Origin: Octopus vulgaris
Taxonomy: Eukaryota
NCBI GenBank assembly: GCA_951406725.2
Contig: OX597826.1
Span: forward strand, 2,852,001-2,916,000
DNA: 64,000 nucleotides
Reading direction: 5' to 3'
In this document: piece by piece, positions 1 through 14,265 of the stretch
Numbering within the stretch: position 1 is the stretch's first letter
Layout: every line of letters begins with the position of its first letter
Translations under genes and position numbers: made by a program
Notes under the pieces: generated by a model
What the model was told of the DNA's origin: nothing
The model's database searches: none
Seen by the model: only the letters and a program-made list of their open reading frames with translations

Positions 1-1965
1 CAAATGTACGCACATATATACATATACATTATATATTATATATGTGTGTGTGTTTGTGTGTTTGTTTGCATATGGATACCCACTTACACGCAAATACATG
101 CATCAAAGTACGCCAGTCAATGTGCACATTCATGTACATGTGTGTGTATATATATATATATATCTATATCTATATATATTTATGTGTGTGTGTCTGTGTG
201 TGTTTATGCGTGTGTGCATATATATACAGATTGAGAGAGAGAGAGGAAGAGGAAGATAGATAGAGAGTGTGCGTATAAGTTTCAATGCATATATATACAT
301 AGATATGTACGAACATATTTGCGTGTCTATGCATTTATGCATACGTGTATTTGTATGAATTTTCATGTCTGCCGTTACACATACATATTGCAAATATTCT
401 TTTGTTATAGAAATTCGGCTATAGAAAATACATTTACCAAATGTATCTAAAAAATATGAATATTATTAAATTGCTATGATTAAATTCTCCTGATAAGTTT
501 TTGTGTATTTTTCAACTGAACATTTCTTTACAATGAATTGCATAATTGCCATTCTAAATGCAGTGCTTTAAGCTCACAGACATATGCTGATTCGTGAGCA
601 CATAGGAATCGATTTTATCTTCCACTGGTATTTATATAAGCTTTCGGCTGAAAATTTTGGCGGCGTAATTTTCGCTGAATCTTTCAACTCACTCCATCGA
701 ATATTGCATTTTGTAGAGTGTTTAATCTTGAAGAGAATGGCGGAATGGTTTATAAGTTAATTTAGTGAACACCAGTATTCGATTTCGGTCTATGTATTGT
801 GTGCTTTCTGGAGCCAAAGTCTTTTTTTTTTTTTCAATATCATTGATATACTCAAACGTTTGTAGTAAATATGGGAAGACGGAGTTTGCGTTGAAAATCG
901 TCACATGATGAAGACAACAGTGATGATTACGATGATGATTATGATGATGGTGATGGTGATGATGATGATGATGATGATCATCATCATCATCATCATCATC
1001 GTCATCATCATCATCATCACCAAGATGTGCATTCGTGCTTTCTCAATTACATCTCTTTTGTCGTAAATATTTGGTCGACCCAAACTTTGGGAAGTAAGCA
1101 GGGCACAGATATTGTGCATAAGACTGTCAATCGGATTGAAAATCTTACTGAAAAGAAACACAACCACAGTTTCTGGTAATCCCCTTGTGAAAATTAGGCT
1201 AAGCGCCTGTGAAATATGCGGCCACTTGTTGTAGACTTTGTTTCAAATAATCGAATCACTGGACCTACATCATAGAATGTAGTCGAGTCTGTTTCAAGTA
1301 TTTCATCAAGATGGCGTGCCATTACTTTCGTTCCCATCTGCTTTTGTAACAATTTCACGTCCATCTCGCATATTATTTCATTCATAACTTTCAAAGGTAG
1401 CGAAAACTTTGCTCTATATTATGCTGTGTCTACATACAGCATACAGCTGTTAAAATATTTTTATCTTTCTGTAAATATTTAATTGTAAGATGTCTTTTCT
1501 TTTTCCTTAAAACTGCAGATATTTCAAAAACCGCGTACTTAAATATGTGAATGCTGTGTAAATGTTCTCTATAATACCTTAATTTCAGTTTTAAATTTTA
1601 AACCATGTTTCTCGTTGACACCAAGTAGTTATCTCCCTTTTAATAACTGTAGCCGTTTGAGGGATCACATGTTGTATGAACATTTGCGTTATAATTAGTT
1701 TCCGGAATAACCGTCTTGATGTGTCAGCGTTCTGTACGAAGTTGAATTAACCAACTTGTTAAAGATCATAATGTTAATTAACTAGGAATTTTCTCAAGTA
1801 AAATATGGTATTTATCAAATATTCGGAATTTGCGTTTGTGAATTACTAAGATTCACTTCTGCAAATCTTTCTCAAATCCGATATTTTATTCTACCACAGA
1901 GAAATCAGGTGACGCACGTTAACAGCTTACTTCTTCACACGGCATTGATATGGTATTCATAATTA

Positions 1966-2250
<285 letters not shown>

Positions 2251-2254
2251 ATGA

Positions 2255-2369
2255 GTTTCCGGCCATATTTTGAAAACACTTGTTCTCGTCCGATCACCGA
2301 AGTTAAGCAAAGTCGAGCCTAGTTAGTTCTTAGATGGGTGACCGCTTGGGAAACCAAGGTGCTGCAAAC
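2255..2369 (+). rRNA. 5S rRNA-derived copy (probable pseudogene)
   Basis: GGCCATA..TTGAAAACAC..GTTCTCGTCCGATCACCGAAGTTAAGCAA..CGAGCCTAGTTAGTTCTTAGATGGGTGACCGCTTGGGAA..GGTGCTG matches metazoan 5S rRNA. Terminal GTTT../..AAAC pairing is present; there is a short deletion near the 5' end. Confidence 0.85.
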
Positions 2370-2380
2370 GTCTTTCTAGA

Positions 2381-2940
2381 GAGCCCTGATGCAGTACCAG
2401 GCAGTGGCTCTCGTGGCTTCTGATCTTAACTGATTGGAAGTGTTATCATGTACATTGTTTTGTCTTGGTATAAAAGATGGGCTACAGCAAATATTCTGTT
2501 CAATACCACATATTTGCTTGTCAGTTGTTTGACCGTAACCAGTTGAGCATGTCGTTTAGTGGCTGACAATATGTGCATCTCTGATCACGAGCAGAAGTAG
2601 TAGGGGAGCATAATAGCCATGTGTTGAGAGAATTCTTTGGGGTTTGAATAGTTCACCTCTGGAAACATGGGTAGTTCGTTCAACATCCTTAAAAAACAAC
2701 CCTTGTTCAGGTACCTTTTGAGCAGGATGGGTTGCTCGACCAGATTAAAATTCTAACTGGGCCCCACCTGCAAGGTCACATGCTGTTTATCTTGATATGA
2801 GACCGCCATGTCGCGCACATGTGGTTGTGATGCATGTGCCTAGTGTACCCTTATCAGACGGGTAGTCATGATGTTTATACTGGGCTTCGTATATTTTACC
2901 CCAGTGTCACTTTGATGGCATGAACTGCTCTCTCACTCAA
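2381..2940. mobile_element. ~560-bp interspersed repeat, probably non-LTR retroelement-derived
   Basis: GC-richer island with sharp ends (GCCCTGATGCAGTACCAGG...GCTCTCTCACTCAA). It resembles a common octopod repeat from memory; single copy here. Confidence 0.45.
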
Positions 2941-3621
2941 TGTACGCTATACAATATCATTCAAAATATATTTCCTCATTTTAAAAACTTGAATTTTACA
3001 TAAAGTTGTCTTGACTCCTATTTCAAGACAGTGGAACGGCAATACCCTTTCGGTATTTATTAGAATATTCTGCGCTGTGAGTTTATATTCCACTAATGTT
3101 TATTTGACTCTTCATGCATTTGGACACGAAGTAATAAATCCCGAACCGATTCAGTGGGTTGGTAGGACTCTGGCTTGGGCACAACGTCTCATGTTATATG
3201 TCCCTCGTATTTTCATTCAGGCTATAAATCCTGCGAAAATCGTGGAGGTAAGCAGGTTGTACGCACGCACAACTTCCGGACTTCCTTGTGAAACCATGCC
3301 CGGATATGCGCAAACTCATGAAGACCCATGTGCCTCTTTAAGCGACAGTCTCTTTGCTAGTATCAATAACGATGATAGTATGAATAATGATAATTTCCAA
3401 CATCATGATTATGATGATGATGATAATCATGATAATGATGAGTACGACGATGATGAGATGGTGACTACGATGACGATGACAAAGATGACGACGATGTGTA
3501 CGACGAAGATGATGATAGTTTTGAACATGTTCAACAAAATCTTCATCGTAGTAAAGATGACATCAATAATCAGAGCGATGACGTTGAAGAATGTAAGAGA
3601 AATTTGAGTATTAATAATGTA

Positions 3622-4129
3622 TTGGGTTGTCTGGAAAGTTCGTGCCGATTAATAGTAGCTTATATTTCGACTTATTTTAGAACATGGTTGAGTTCATAAA
3701 ATAGGATTTTACTACACCTCCATTTAGAGCACAGGTTAAGCTATCTTTTTGTGGAAGAAGGTTTATGTTCCTATAACCTGTGTTAATTCTGTAACCCCTT
3801 AAAATGGAAGACAAGAAAGTTCATTTTCGACACTTGGTGATTTGGGAACCAGCCAAAAATTGCTGCAGCTCGGCTGGGATGAGTTACCCCACCCTCCATA
3901 TTCACCAGATATTGTTCTTTCGGATTTTCACTTATTTAAGTATCTGCAAAATAGTCTTAATGGTAAAAATTTCAATTCTTTGCCGTGAAACCACCTCAAT
4001 TCTGGGAAGATGCAGACGCATTGTGCAACAAAATGGTTCATATTTGGTTGATTAAAAATGTAATGGCAAGTATTTATTAACCTTTTTTCTTTCCTTTAAA
4101 AATCAGCACGAACTTTCCGGACAACTCAA
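3622..4129 (+). mobile_element. Internally deleted mariner transposon
   Basis: TIRs TTGGGTTGTCTGGAAAGTTCGTGCCGATT / AATCAGCACGAACTTTCCGGACAACTCAA with TA on both sides. Encodes MEDKKVHFRHL joined to LGWDELPHPPYSPDIVLSDFHLF. Confidence 0.92.
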
Positions 4130-5178
4130 TACTTGCCAATATTTTACAATCATTTGCTCAATTTGGAATAGAATATCTCGATTTCTTATTCAGCAATTCT
4201 TCAAATATTTTAATTCCAACTGTGACCTTAACTGAAGTTATCAGAAACGCAGCGTAAAAACAATGTTGGTCTTAAAACCAATAGACGAATAGTATTTTGC
4301 AAATGAGTGGTAGTAACCGCTGCCAATAATCTCCATTTTCGGTATTTTTCATTTCCTTTTAAACTTGCTAACACAACGTACGGATATTGGCAGCTCAAAG
4401 AAAATCACAGAATACCTTTGTTCTGTATGTAGAAATTTTAATCTGCTTCCATGTAAGCGAGTTGTTATATTTACTTGCCTTCAAGATCTGCATGTCAATT
4501 CGATATTTTTATTTAGATATAAAAAAAAGAGCTGACTTCAATGTCAAGAACTTGATTGTAATATAGTATTATGTCGAACCAATTTCTCCTGATTCTATGC
4601 ATATTTCATGATAATTGCTTGAGGTCTGGCGTCATCCGAGAACATTTTTAACGACCAAGAATCGAAAATAAGTTGCATATGTATCAAAATGAACTGTCTG
4701 GGAATTTTCTTTCTCTTTGTATGGAAGTCTAGCTGTTTTGAATACGATTTGTATGAGAGGAAATTGGTGACTGTTTAGATTAACAAACTGGGATAATCAT
4801 ATAGAAAGTAGTAAGTCTAAGAAAGGCAAATACGAAAACTGGGTAAGGTCTTCAGAAGTAATCCCAATAATTATAAGCACCGTTAACAATAGACATCTTA
4901 TAAATTTCTTAATAACATTGGCGTAACTTGATCGTTCGAAGGATCCTCAATATCGAAGGTAAATAGTTGTGATCCGTTTTCGAGGTTATTGATTCGAAGT
5001 GTAACACGTTTATGAATGGTTATAAACAATCAATTAATAGTATCATTAATAAATTCAAATTTTGGCTGAAGTTCAAAACTTCGTGAGGGCGGCGGCAAGT
5101 CACAGCAGCTACTTTTATTTTTGATTATTTTACTGAAAATATCAAAGGCAAGCTTGGCCTTGGTGGCAAGTAACACAA

Positions 5179-5229
<51 letters not shown>

Positions 5230-5390
5230 CACTACTACCACTACTACTGCTGCTGCTGCTGCTGCTGTTGCTAATGCCGCCGCTTCCATTGCTGCTGCTA
5301 CTACCACCGCTGCTGCTGTCTTTGCTGCTGCCGCCGCTGCTGCTTCTACTGAAACTAATACTATGAATAGTAATAGTTATGGGAAGAAAA

Positions 5391-5893
<503 letters not shown>

Positions 5894-6199
5894 AACTCAT
5901 CCGAAGTATCCCATGGAACTATCCCGAATTCACTTGACTGTATATTTAAACAAAAATGTGACTGGACGGTGATATTGGTAAAATCTGAAATTAAAGTGAA
6001 AATAAAATTGCAGAAGAAATACAGAAAGGGACTAAAAATAAAAATATAAAAAAAGAAAACAGAAACTGGAAATGAGGCTGATTTAGTACCTTATTAGTAC
6101 CTTATTAGACAGCTAGAATCCACAGAGTTAAGTCACTCTCAGGAGCTGAAAATTAAAAACTTTTGCACTGCCAATACCGATTTCTCAATCTGGACTACG

Positions 6200-6470
6200 T
6201 TGTTGATCACTCATATACCGATCACTGGTTGAGAAGCTCAGAGCTAAAGGCCCGAACGGAACGATATATCCTAGCTGGTCAAAATCAGACCTTATTTACT
6301 AGAAAATATCAAGAAAATATATTCAAATATGGAGCAGATACCAAATGAAGAATCTGTGATTAACAATTCAACGAAATTAACCAAATAATTTCAGGATGTT
6401 CTATCTTGGCCCCAGCTTAATATAAAGGTAGACATGATGAGGCTGGTCGCTATATTCATTGGAAACTAGT
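6200..6470 (+). mobile_element. R4/Dong-type (RLE) non-LTR retrotransposon fragment
   Basis: WLRSSELKARTERYILAGQNQTLFTRKY...RICD..IISGCSILAPA*YKGRHDEAGRYIHWKL matches the ETEG..AxQDQ / CCHC / RHD region; contains stops. Confidence 0.8.
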
Positions 6471-7575
6471 CAAATATATGTTATAATTAATGATTCTTTT
6501 CTATTTCCTAATCTATATATTTGCAAATCTTATTGACCCAATATATTTGCATTTTCCTATTATATATAATTATATATATACGTACATAAAACTAAGTCCA
6601 TTCCTCTATGCATCATGCTAGTCAGTGCCATGCATATGTACAAAAATAGACAAGTACAGTCATATGGTATATTCTTTAGTAGGTATTATTGATTTATTAG
6701 TATTATCTGTCCCTCAAGCGTAGCATTGTGGTACGATTTGTAGTACAACCAGAATATTCGACTGAACCCCGGCACGCGTTGTCAGAGATCATTCCGTGAA
6801 AAGCTCAACGTGGTTCACGGTTGATCATACCATGTTATCCCGGATCAGTGCTGAATGGATCAATGATGAATGATGGTAGATGTATATGACTGCTAAGTGT
6901 TTCATCAAGTGATAAATAGGTTTTGTGAATTCTTAAAGTAAAACACATCCCACAGATTAATTCTATAACACATTTACCAATGTTATGAGATGTGTACATG
7001 CTTTACAGATCTGTTGATTCATTGATAGGTTGGTAGCACCTCTTTGTCTCCTTTTGTTAGGAGTATTTCTTCTCCGTCTTTCCTGCCACTGTTTCCTCCG
7101 TTCGTTCCTTCCTGAATCAGCGAAATCTCATTTCCTTCCAGTTCAACATGTTTTGTTCTTGATATCCTTAACCAAATACATATCAGAACAGAGAGAAAAA
7201 GAAAAATGTTCTCACTTATACATTCACTCATTGAAATGTTTTCAATGTTACTTCTTGTACTTTTCTTAATGTTAATTAACGAAGATGTTTCTGAAATAAA
7301 ATAGGACATTTCGCAAATATTTTACCACAGTCGATACATCCTCACTTTCTCTGATCTTTTCCGCCTTTTCTATTCGTTTGATGATCAAATGATTGGCCAT
7401 ATTCAAATTCAAACATCAATATTTAGTGAGCTAATTGTTAAGCAGATATATTGATAATAGAACGCGGCCTTGCGATCTGTTGCATTCATCCACACATCTT
7501 GAGTGTATAAGAGAGAGAATAAAATTTTTTAAAAAGTCATATATTTATGTAAATTTCCTTGTGTTGATTTTCACA

Positions 7576-7639
<64 letters not shown>

Positions 7640-8167
7640 AAACACGTGCCGATGTGTATACTAACATAGAAGATATGAATGATAGAAATAAAAACTTATT
7701 TACGACATTGAAATACATAAACAAGAAAAGCACACAAGCATATGCACGGATACAATACAGTATGACATTGTAAAAAACCGTTAGAGATACACACAGATAC
7801 ATGTACGCACATATATACGCATTCATATACATTTATATAAATGAGAAGTAATGTTCTTTTGATGGCGGTAAGTGTATATTCATTCATTTGGTAGTGCCTT
7901 ATTGTGTCGTAGAACTGTGTTCTCACTATCATATTTTGTTCCAAAAACAAATAAAACCCACACAAAAGTTTTGATGTGGCAACTCGCAGACACACACTTA
8001 TAAGCCCGCACACTTACATGTGTTTAAATTTAAATACACACACACATACAAACGCATGCATACACGCACACATACACAAAAACATACTTGTACAGAAGCC
8101 CATTCACGAAATAACAGCCGCATAAGAAGTATTATGGAGAAATGCATGGCAGGCAATATCTATCTAA

Positions 8168-8249
<82 letters not shown>

Positions 8250-8263
8250 GTCTGTCTATCTAA

Positions 8264-8354
<91 letters not shown>

Positions 8355-8490
8355 TATATACATACATATATATATAAATATATACATACATATACATATA
8401 TATACATTTATGTATATATATATATATATATAAACACATATATATACACATATTTATGCATACACACAGGCACACATGAAACTAAATAGG

Positions 8491-8557
<67 letters not shown>

Positions 8558-10289
8558 GTAGATAGATAGGTAGATACACAAATACTGAGAAATGTATTCT
8601 TGCATGTATAGATTTGTGTGTAGAAATGGAAATATTAGAATCTGCTTAATTTTTGTACATCTGACACACAACATGCACATGCTACATGTGCATGTTGCAC
8701 GTTTATATGTGCATGTGTTAAGTATCTTAACGATTATTAACATGCATTTATGTCTTAGTGTATGTATGTAGGTTCCTTTGCTTTTGCGTGTGTATATGCA
8801 CGAGTAGCTATGCTTGTACGTGTGTATTCCTTAATTTGACTGACGTAAAGTTATCTATATTTAGAAGGAAAACAACAGTGTTAAATTGAAGAGATTGAAG
8901 ACGAAATAACCAAAACGTGAACAGAAGAAAATTGCAAATGTAAAGATATTCTGTGAGCAGCTTCACATGTAAAAAGGCCAATAGATTTACAGAGAAAAGA
9001 AGAAATCAAATATTGGGCTGCAATTTCCATTGGGAGATTACACAGGCTCGGTTTCCGTACAAGCGGAAATTGCTACAGAACAATTCTCTTTAACGGAATT
9101 CTTTTCGAGTAAATTTAAATATGAATACGTAACGTTCACCTATAGAATAACAGCTATTGTATGTGTGGATTCTGATTTTTCGCATCAGATTTCTGGAACT
9201 CTTTACTAAGTTCGCATGAAGCCATTCAGATATTCAGATATGGTTGCTGTTAGGTTATTAATGGCGCTGAGATATCAAATCATTCGCTGTTACCAAAATT
9301 GAATTTCAGCACCTAGGGAGGGAGAAACAACGATTTCTTTTGCACAAGGTTGTCGAATTTATAATTAAAATACTTTTATTGGCTTTCCTCAGTATTCAGA
9401 ACTGATTTTGTGGTTATTGTGTATTTGTAGGTATTTATTTGTATTAATTTGTAGTTTTTATTTATATTTATATGTACTACCAGTTCTAGCCAACTCCATC
9501 ATAACACTCTCCTCAGAAGAAAAAAATGGCGTCTGCGTTTGTTAAATGCAATTACTTTTACGTGTACACACATGCGAAACATACAGAAGCAGTACCTCAT
9601 ATAAAGCAAACTGAAATACAAGCGCAAACACAGGCACAAATACGCATGAAGCAAGACACGTTTATGCATTCTTGAAATATCTTTACGATTAAATACACAG
9701 ATACATACACACGTTCAAAGACACATACAAATACACACACATTCATACTAAAATTTGTGTGTATGAGTGTGTTTATTTTAATAGAATATGCACACTTATA
9801 TGGACAAAAATAGCAACCAATTTAGCAATTAATTACGGATACTAAATTGAATTTTTATGCTAAAATTTATGCGTTTTCACTGATAATCAATGTAAAACAC
9901 AGAGGCAAAAACACCTATACACATACACAAATCATTCAACACACATGCACACAGACTGTTTTCATATGAAGATATATATACCTACTCATACACACATGCA
10001 CGCACTCACACAGACACACACACACATACACATATATATATATATAGTGCTTGTGAGAGTGTAGAACAAAGGGTTATATATGTGTGCATACGTGTAGTAT
10101 TCATCTAATCAACATTGCATTCCATTTGAAATTAGTGCGCGAAAAGAAAGTGGTGTGAAACCATATTAACGATATAAAACCAACACTTAACTGTTAAATA
10201 TTTTAAATGTTGAAATTAGTAATTAAGCTTCTCTCTCTATATATGTATATAATTTTTGTAAGGCTGAAGGCTATCAATTTTCGAAGAAC

Positions 10290-10385
10290 TGAGTAGTCAA
10301 TTACTTCACTGGTACTTTACTTTATCGACCCCAAACAGATGAACGGTAAAATTGACCTCGGTAGGATGTGAACTCAGAACGTAAG
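10290..10385 (-). mobile_element. tRNA-SINE family B fragment
   Basis: Reverse complement of TTCTGAGTTCA..CCGAGGTCAA..GGGGTCGATAAA..AAGTACCAG. Confidence 0.7.
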
Positions 10386-10554
10386 ATGCCAGAATAACGT
10401 AGATCTGTATCGTGCAGGGCGTCTTAATGATATTAATGCTAATAAAATCTATTATCTATCCATCAATGCGATATATTACAAAATTCTTTTGCTTCTTTTC
10501 TTGAATGGCAGCTCATCACATTTTATTAAAAACGAAATATTAACGCAACTTCAA

Positions 10555-10648
<94 letters not shown>

Positions 10649-10776
10649 TTTAGCAAAATTTAGATTCAGATGTATATGGTACTTAAGTTAAAGGCACCAG
10701 AATTTTGTATGGTATTATCCATATAAATCAAATGGGGTGATTATAATCAAAATAAGCAACAAGGATATCCAAGGCA

Positions 10777-10866
10777 GTGTCGTACAATTGTTTCATGCTA
10801 CTTCATTTTATTAAACACTGTAAGTATTACATCAGTTTTAAAATGTCCAGCAATCTTCAGCTACAT
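10777..10866 (-). ncRNA. Hammerhead-like motif with long stem II insert, in PLE-type repeat (10646-11000)
   Basis: ATGTAG CTGAAGA TTGCT..~50 nt..AGCAT GAAA CAATTG TA CGACAC; paralogues at 42525-42612 and 53278-53365. Confidence 0.55.
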
Positions 10867-11084
10867 ATAGAATTTTTTAATTAAACGGACAATGCATATT
10901 CTTATACTTATTTCATTTTCCAACAATACAAATAGGGTGGATATATAGACAGAGAGGTTAATTTCATCATTAAGAACATTGTGGTAGTATGTTCTATAGT
11001 TTTGACTCTACAGTCAAAACTATTGAAAGGGTTGCAAGACGCAACGAAAAAGTTAAAAAATAAAAATTTAAAGAAAAAACAAAG

Positions 11085-11375
11085 GACACTGTCAAGGATG
11101 TGGAGACGAGTTCGGTGGGGCAGTTGCAGGTGGAGACGGCGGTGCGGGTAAGATTGTGAGGTTTGTGGATTTTGGGAAGGAAGTAAATGGTGGGCTTGCG
11201 AGAGGTGAGGACAATGAGGTTGGAGGCCTTAGGGAGGGGGAGATAGAAGGAGGAGATGACGTCATGGATAGTGGAGGACATAGTCTGTTGGTAGCTGGGC
11301 GTGGGGTCAGAGGGCAGAGGGCTGTAGAAGGAGGTGTGTTGATGTTGGCGGAGAGCATCTGCCCTGTAGAGGTCA
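11085..11375 (-). mobile_element. Penelope-like element reverse transcriptase fragment
   Basis: LYRADALRQHQHTSFYSPLPSDPTPSYQQ...IYFLPKIHKPHNLTRTAVSTCNCPTELVS matches the PLE RT motifs DPT and YxLPKIHK..RPIVS..PTE. Confidence 0.85.
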
Positions 11376-11598
11376 TTTTGTTGGGATGGTCATTTTGTTT
11401 GTTTTTGCCAACTAAACGAGTAATAAACGAGTGAGGGACAAATATAAAGTGCGTGGGTTTATTTGGCAAAAAATATCGACGCATAGACCTCCGACAGATC
11501 ACAGATACTACACACATAGCAGTAGACAGACCGAGCCACATCACACCACGTGACTAAAGAGAGAAAGGAAGAGGAAAAATAGTAAATAATACACAGTA

Positions 11599-11935
11599 GG
11601 CGTAGGAGTGGCTGTGTGGTAAGTAGCTAGCTTACCAACCACATGGTTCCACGTTCATCCCCACTGCGTGACACCTTGGGCAAGTGTCTTCTACTATATC
11701 CTCGGACCGACCACAGCATTGTGAGTGGATTTGGTAGACGGAAACTGGAAGAAGCCCGTCGTATATATGTATATGTATATATATATATGTGAGTGTTTGT
11801 GTGTCTGTGTTTGTCCCACCAACATCGATAGAATAAGTACTAGGCTTCCAAAGAATAAGTCCTGGGGTCGATTTGCTCGACTAAAGGCGGTGCGCAACAT
11901 GGCCGCAGTCAAATGACTGAGACAAGTAAAAGAAA
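11599..11935 (+). mobile_element. tRNA-SINE family A
   Basis: Head GGCGTAGGAGTGGCTGTGTGGTAAG (box A), body CACCTTGGGCAAGTGTCTTC..GGATTTGGTAGACGGAAACTG, tail GTCAAATGACTGA..GTAAAAGA; about 12 copies in the window. Confidence 0.9.
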
Positions 11936-12649
11936 AAAAGACACATACAGGGTAATACACACACAATAGACATATATACCCTTACCTGTGATACATATAA
12001 GAAATAGCGATAGATATATAAAAAAAAATATGAATAAATATATAAATATATAAATAGACAAACAAATAGATAAATATGTTTCCCACATACCTGTGAGGAA
12101 TACAAGGTATAGAGATAGATGAACTATAAATAATAAAAAAAAATAAATCCATATAAAGAGCATGGATAGAAACAGCACACGAAGCTAACGCATACACACA
12201 CTCAAGAAATTTCACGGACGGCAACAATAGCATCAATAACATGAATAACAACAACAGAAGCAGCAGCGGTGGCAACGATGGCAATAACAAAAACAACTAC
12301 CAGAAAGGCAACACCGTGGTCGAACACACAAACACAGAGGGAAACAGGAACTGTACCAAGTTTCCGGTCCTAACACAGCAGCAGCACAATGGGGTGAAGG
12401 AGAGGTCATACTGCTGTTAACAACAGTGACACACACACACAAGCACGCATATACACAATACACAGAAATGCACACAGACACAGACGCAAATGCATGCGCA
12501 CATAAGCATACACATCTTAGAAGAACAAAATAGAGCAGCTGGAGGAAGATCACACACGAAAACGAAAAGTCTCGCTGAAGCGGTCACGGATGTGTACGAA
12601 CAATTTCCGGACAATGGACATGAATTAAGATAAAAATAAAGAACAGTAA

Positions 12650-12815
12650 TAATCGAGTGAAGAACATTATTTACATTAATTACATTTGACGGATATTTGT
12701 CCTCATCTTGTTTGTTGTTAAGACTACATTTCGGCTGATATACCCTCCAGCCTTCATCAGGTGTCTTGGGGAAATTTCGAACCTGTGTTCTCATTCCTAA
12801 AGTATTTTCGATGTA

Positions 12816-12863
<48 letters not shown>

Positions 12864-13050
12864 ATCACTGCTTGGAATCGAACTCGGAAACTTGGGGTTA
12901 GTAGCCCGCGCTCTTAAATACTGCGCCATATGCCCAAGTTCGATTCCAAGCTGTGACCTGAATAATGATAATAATAATAATAATTGTGTTAACAACAAAC
13001 AAGATGTGGACAAATATCCGTCAAATGTAAATAATGTAAATATTGTACAT
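12650..13050 (-). mobile_element. tRNA-head + (AAT)n + hammerhead element (family D), with an inverted partial copy at 12934-13050
   Basis: Minus strand: GGCATATGGCGCAG..AAGAGCGCGGGCTACTAACCCC..GTTCGATTCC, (AAT)n, then CTGATGA AGGCTG..CAGCC GAAA at 12720-12767. Confidence 0.8.
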
Positions 13051-13137
13051 GATATCTCTTAAATATAGAACTGAATGAAGAAAAAAATATATAGCGCGTG
13101 TGTTTATTTGGCAAAAAGAAAATGACCGTCCCGAAAT

Positions 13138-13218
<81 letters not shown>

Positions 13219-13442
13219 ATAAGTAAAAAAATACAAACTGGGACAAGAACGCAAAACATTTATAAGACGATACAAAAAACACGGACGGGACATTCGAAGC
13301 CTTCAATCTGATCAAGAACCGGATCATCCTCGCAATTTCGGCTGATTAATCTTAGGGAGAGTTTATGAAAAAGCAAAAGACGAAAACAGGTGGTGTACAA
13401 AATAAACAGATCTATTAGTATAACGCTCAGGAATAGAAAGTA

Positions 13443-13477
13443 TTTTATGTTTCGAGCCTACGCTCTTCTACAGAAAG
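13443..13477 (-). ncRNA. Degenerate minimal hammerhead motif
   Basis: CTTT CTGTAGA A GAGC GTAG GCTC GAAA CA TA AAA; core A6 is changed to U and stem I is weak. Confidence 0.45.
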
Positions 13478-14055
13478 GGACACAGAAAAAACAAGGAGAG
13501 AAATATATATATATATATATATATATATTCTGCTCGTCTACGTACGTAAGAGTACACTATATAATTTATAGAAACTCTGTATTTCTTTTATCATAAAATA
13601 ACTATATATGCTTTACAACGGCCCTCTATTTGTCTCCAATTATTTTCTTGGAAAATGTCAACTTTAATTTACCGTACATTCCAGCATATACATCGAATTT
13701 TTTTTAGACCAAACTTTATAGCCAAATTAGTAGTCGTAACGTCATACCTAGACGACGTTCAAGGACCAAAGGTAGCATGTGAGGTGGAGCAGTATTTGGA
13801 AAGTCTATGATGCTGTTTGAATAATCACACATGTATACACTACATGCTAGACCTACTTGTAGGCAGAGCAATGCGGTTCTCATTGTGTCTGTGTATGCGG
13901 CGTATGTGCGTATATATCGCATATATGCGTATTGTGGCATATGTATCTATCTTCTTGTGAGCAAATGTGTTTAGCTGTGTCTGTATGGATGTGTGTATGT
14001 TTGTGCTGCTGGTTTTTTCACTGACATTGTTGAAATTACAGTATAGTATATCGAA

Positions 14056-14265
14056 GGCGGCGAGCTGGCAGAAACGTTTGCATCCCGGGCGAAATCCTTA
14101 GCAGTATTTCATATCTTTACGTCCTGAGTTCAAACTCCGCCGAGATCGACTTTGCCTTTTATCCTTTCGGGGTCGATAAATTAAGTACCAGTTGTATACT
14201 AGGATCGATATAATCGATTGGCCCCCTCCCCCCAAATTTCAGGTCTTGTGCCTAGAATAGAAAAG
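14056..14265 (+). mobile_element. tRNA-SINE family B (Meta/MESC-like central domain)
   Basis: GGCGGCGAGCTGGCAGAA..GAGTTCAAACTCCGCC (box B)..GCCTTTTATCCTTTCGGGGTCGATAAATTAAGTACCAG. Confidence 0.88.

Noticed and set aside
3011-3607. 198-aa ORF with a possible exon at 3028-3247 (GAG|GTAAGC donor)
   Set aside because: Different frames suggested a hormone-receptor domain or a MATE transporter C-terminus, both with stops. Conflicting resemblances indicate over-reading, and the 3' part is (GAT)n.
10995-11055. Hairpin ATAGTTTTGACT..AGTCAAAACTAT and TTGAAAG GGTTGC..GCAAC GAAA
   Set aside because: Stem III and the cleavage triplet are absent; probably a junction artefact between PLE pieces.
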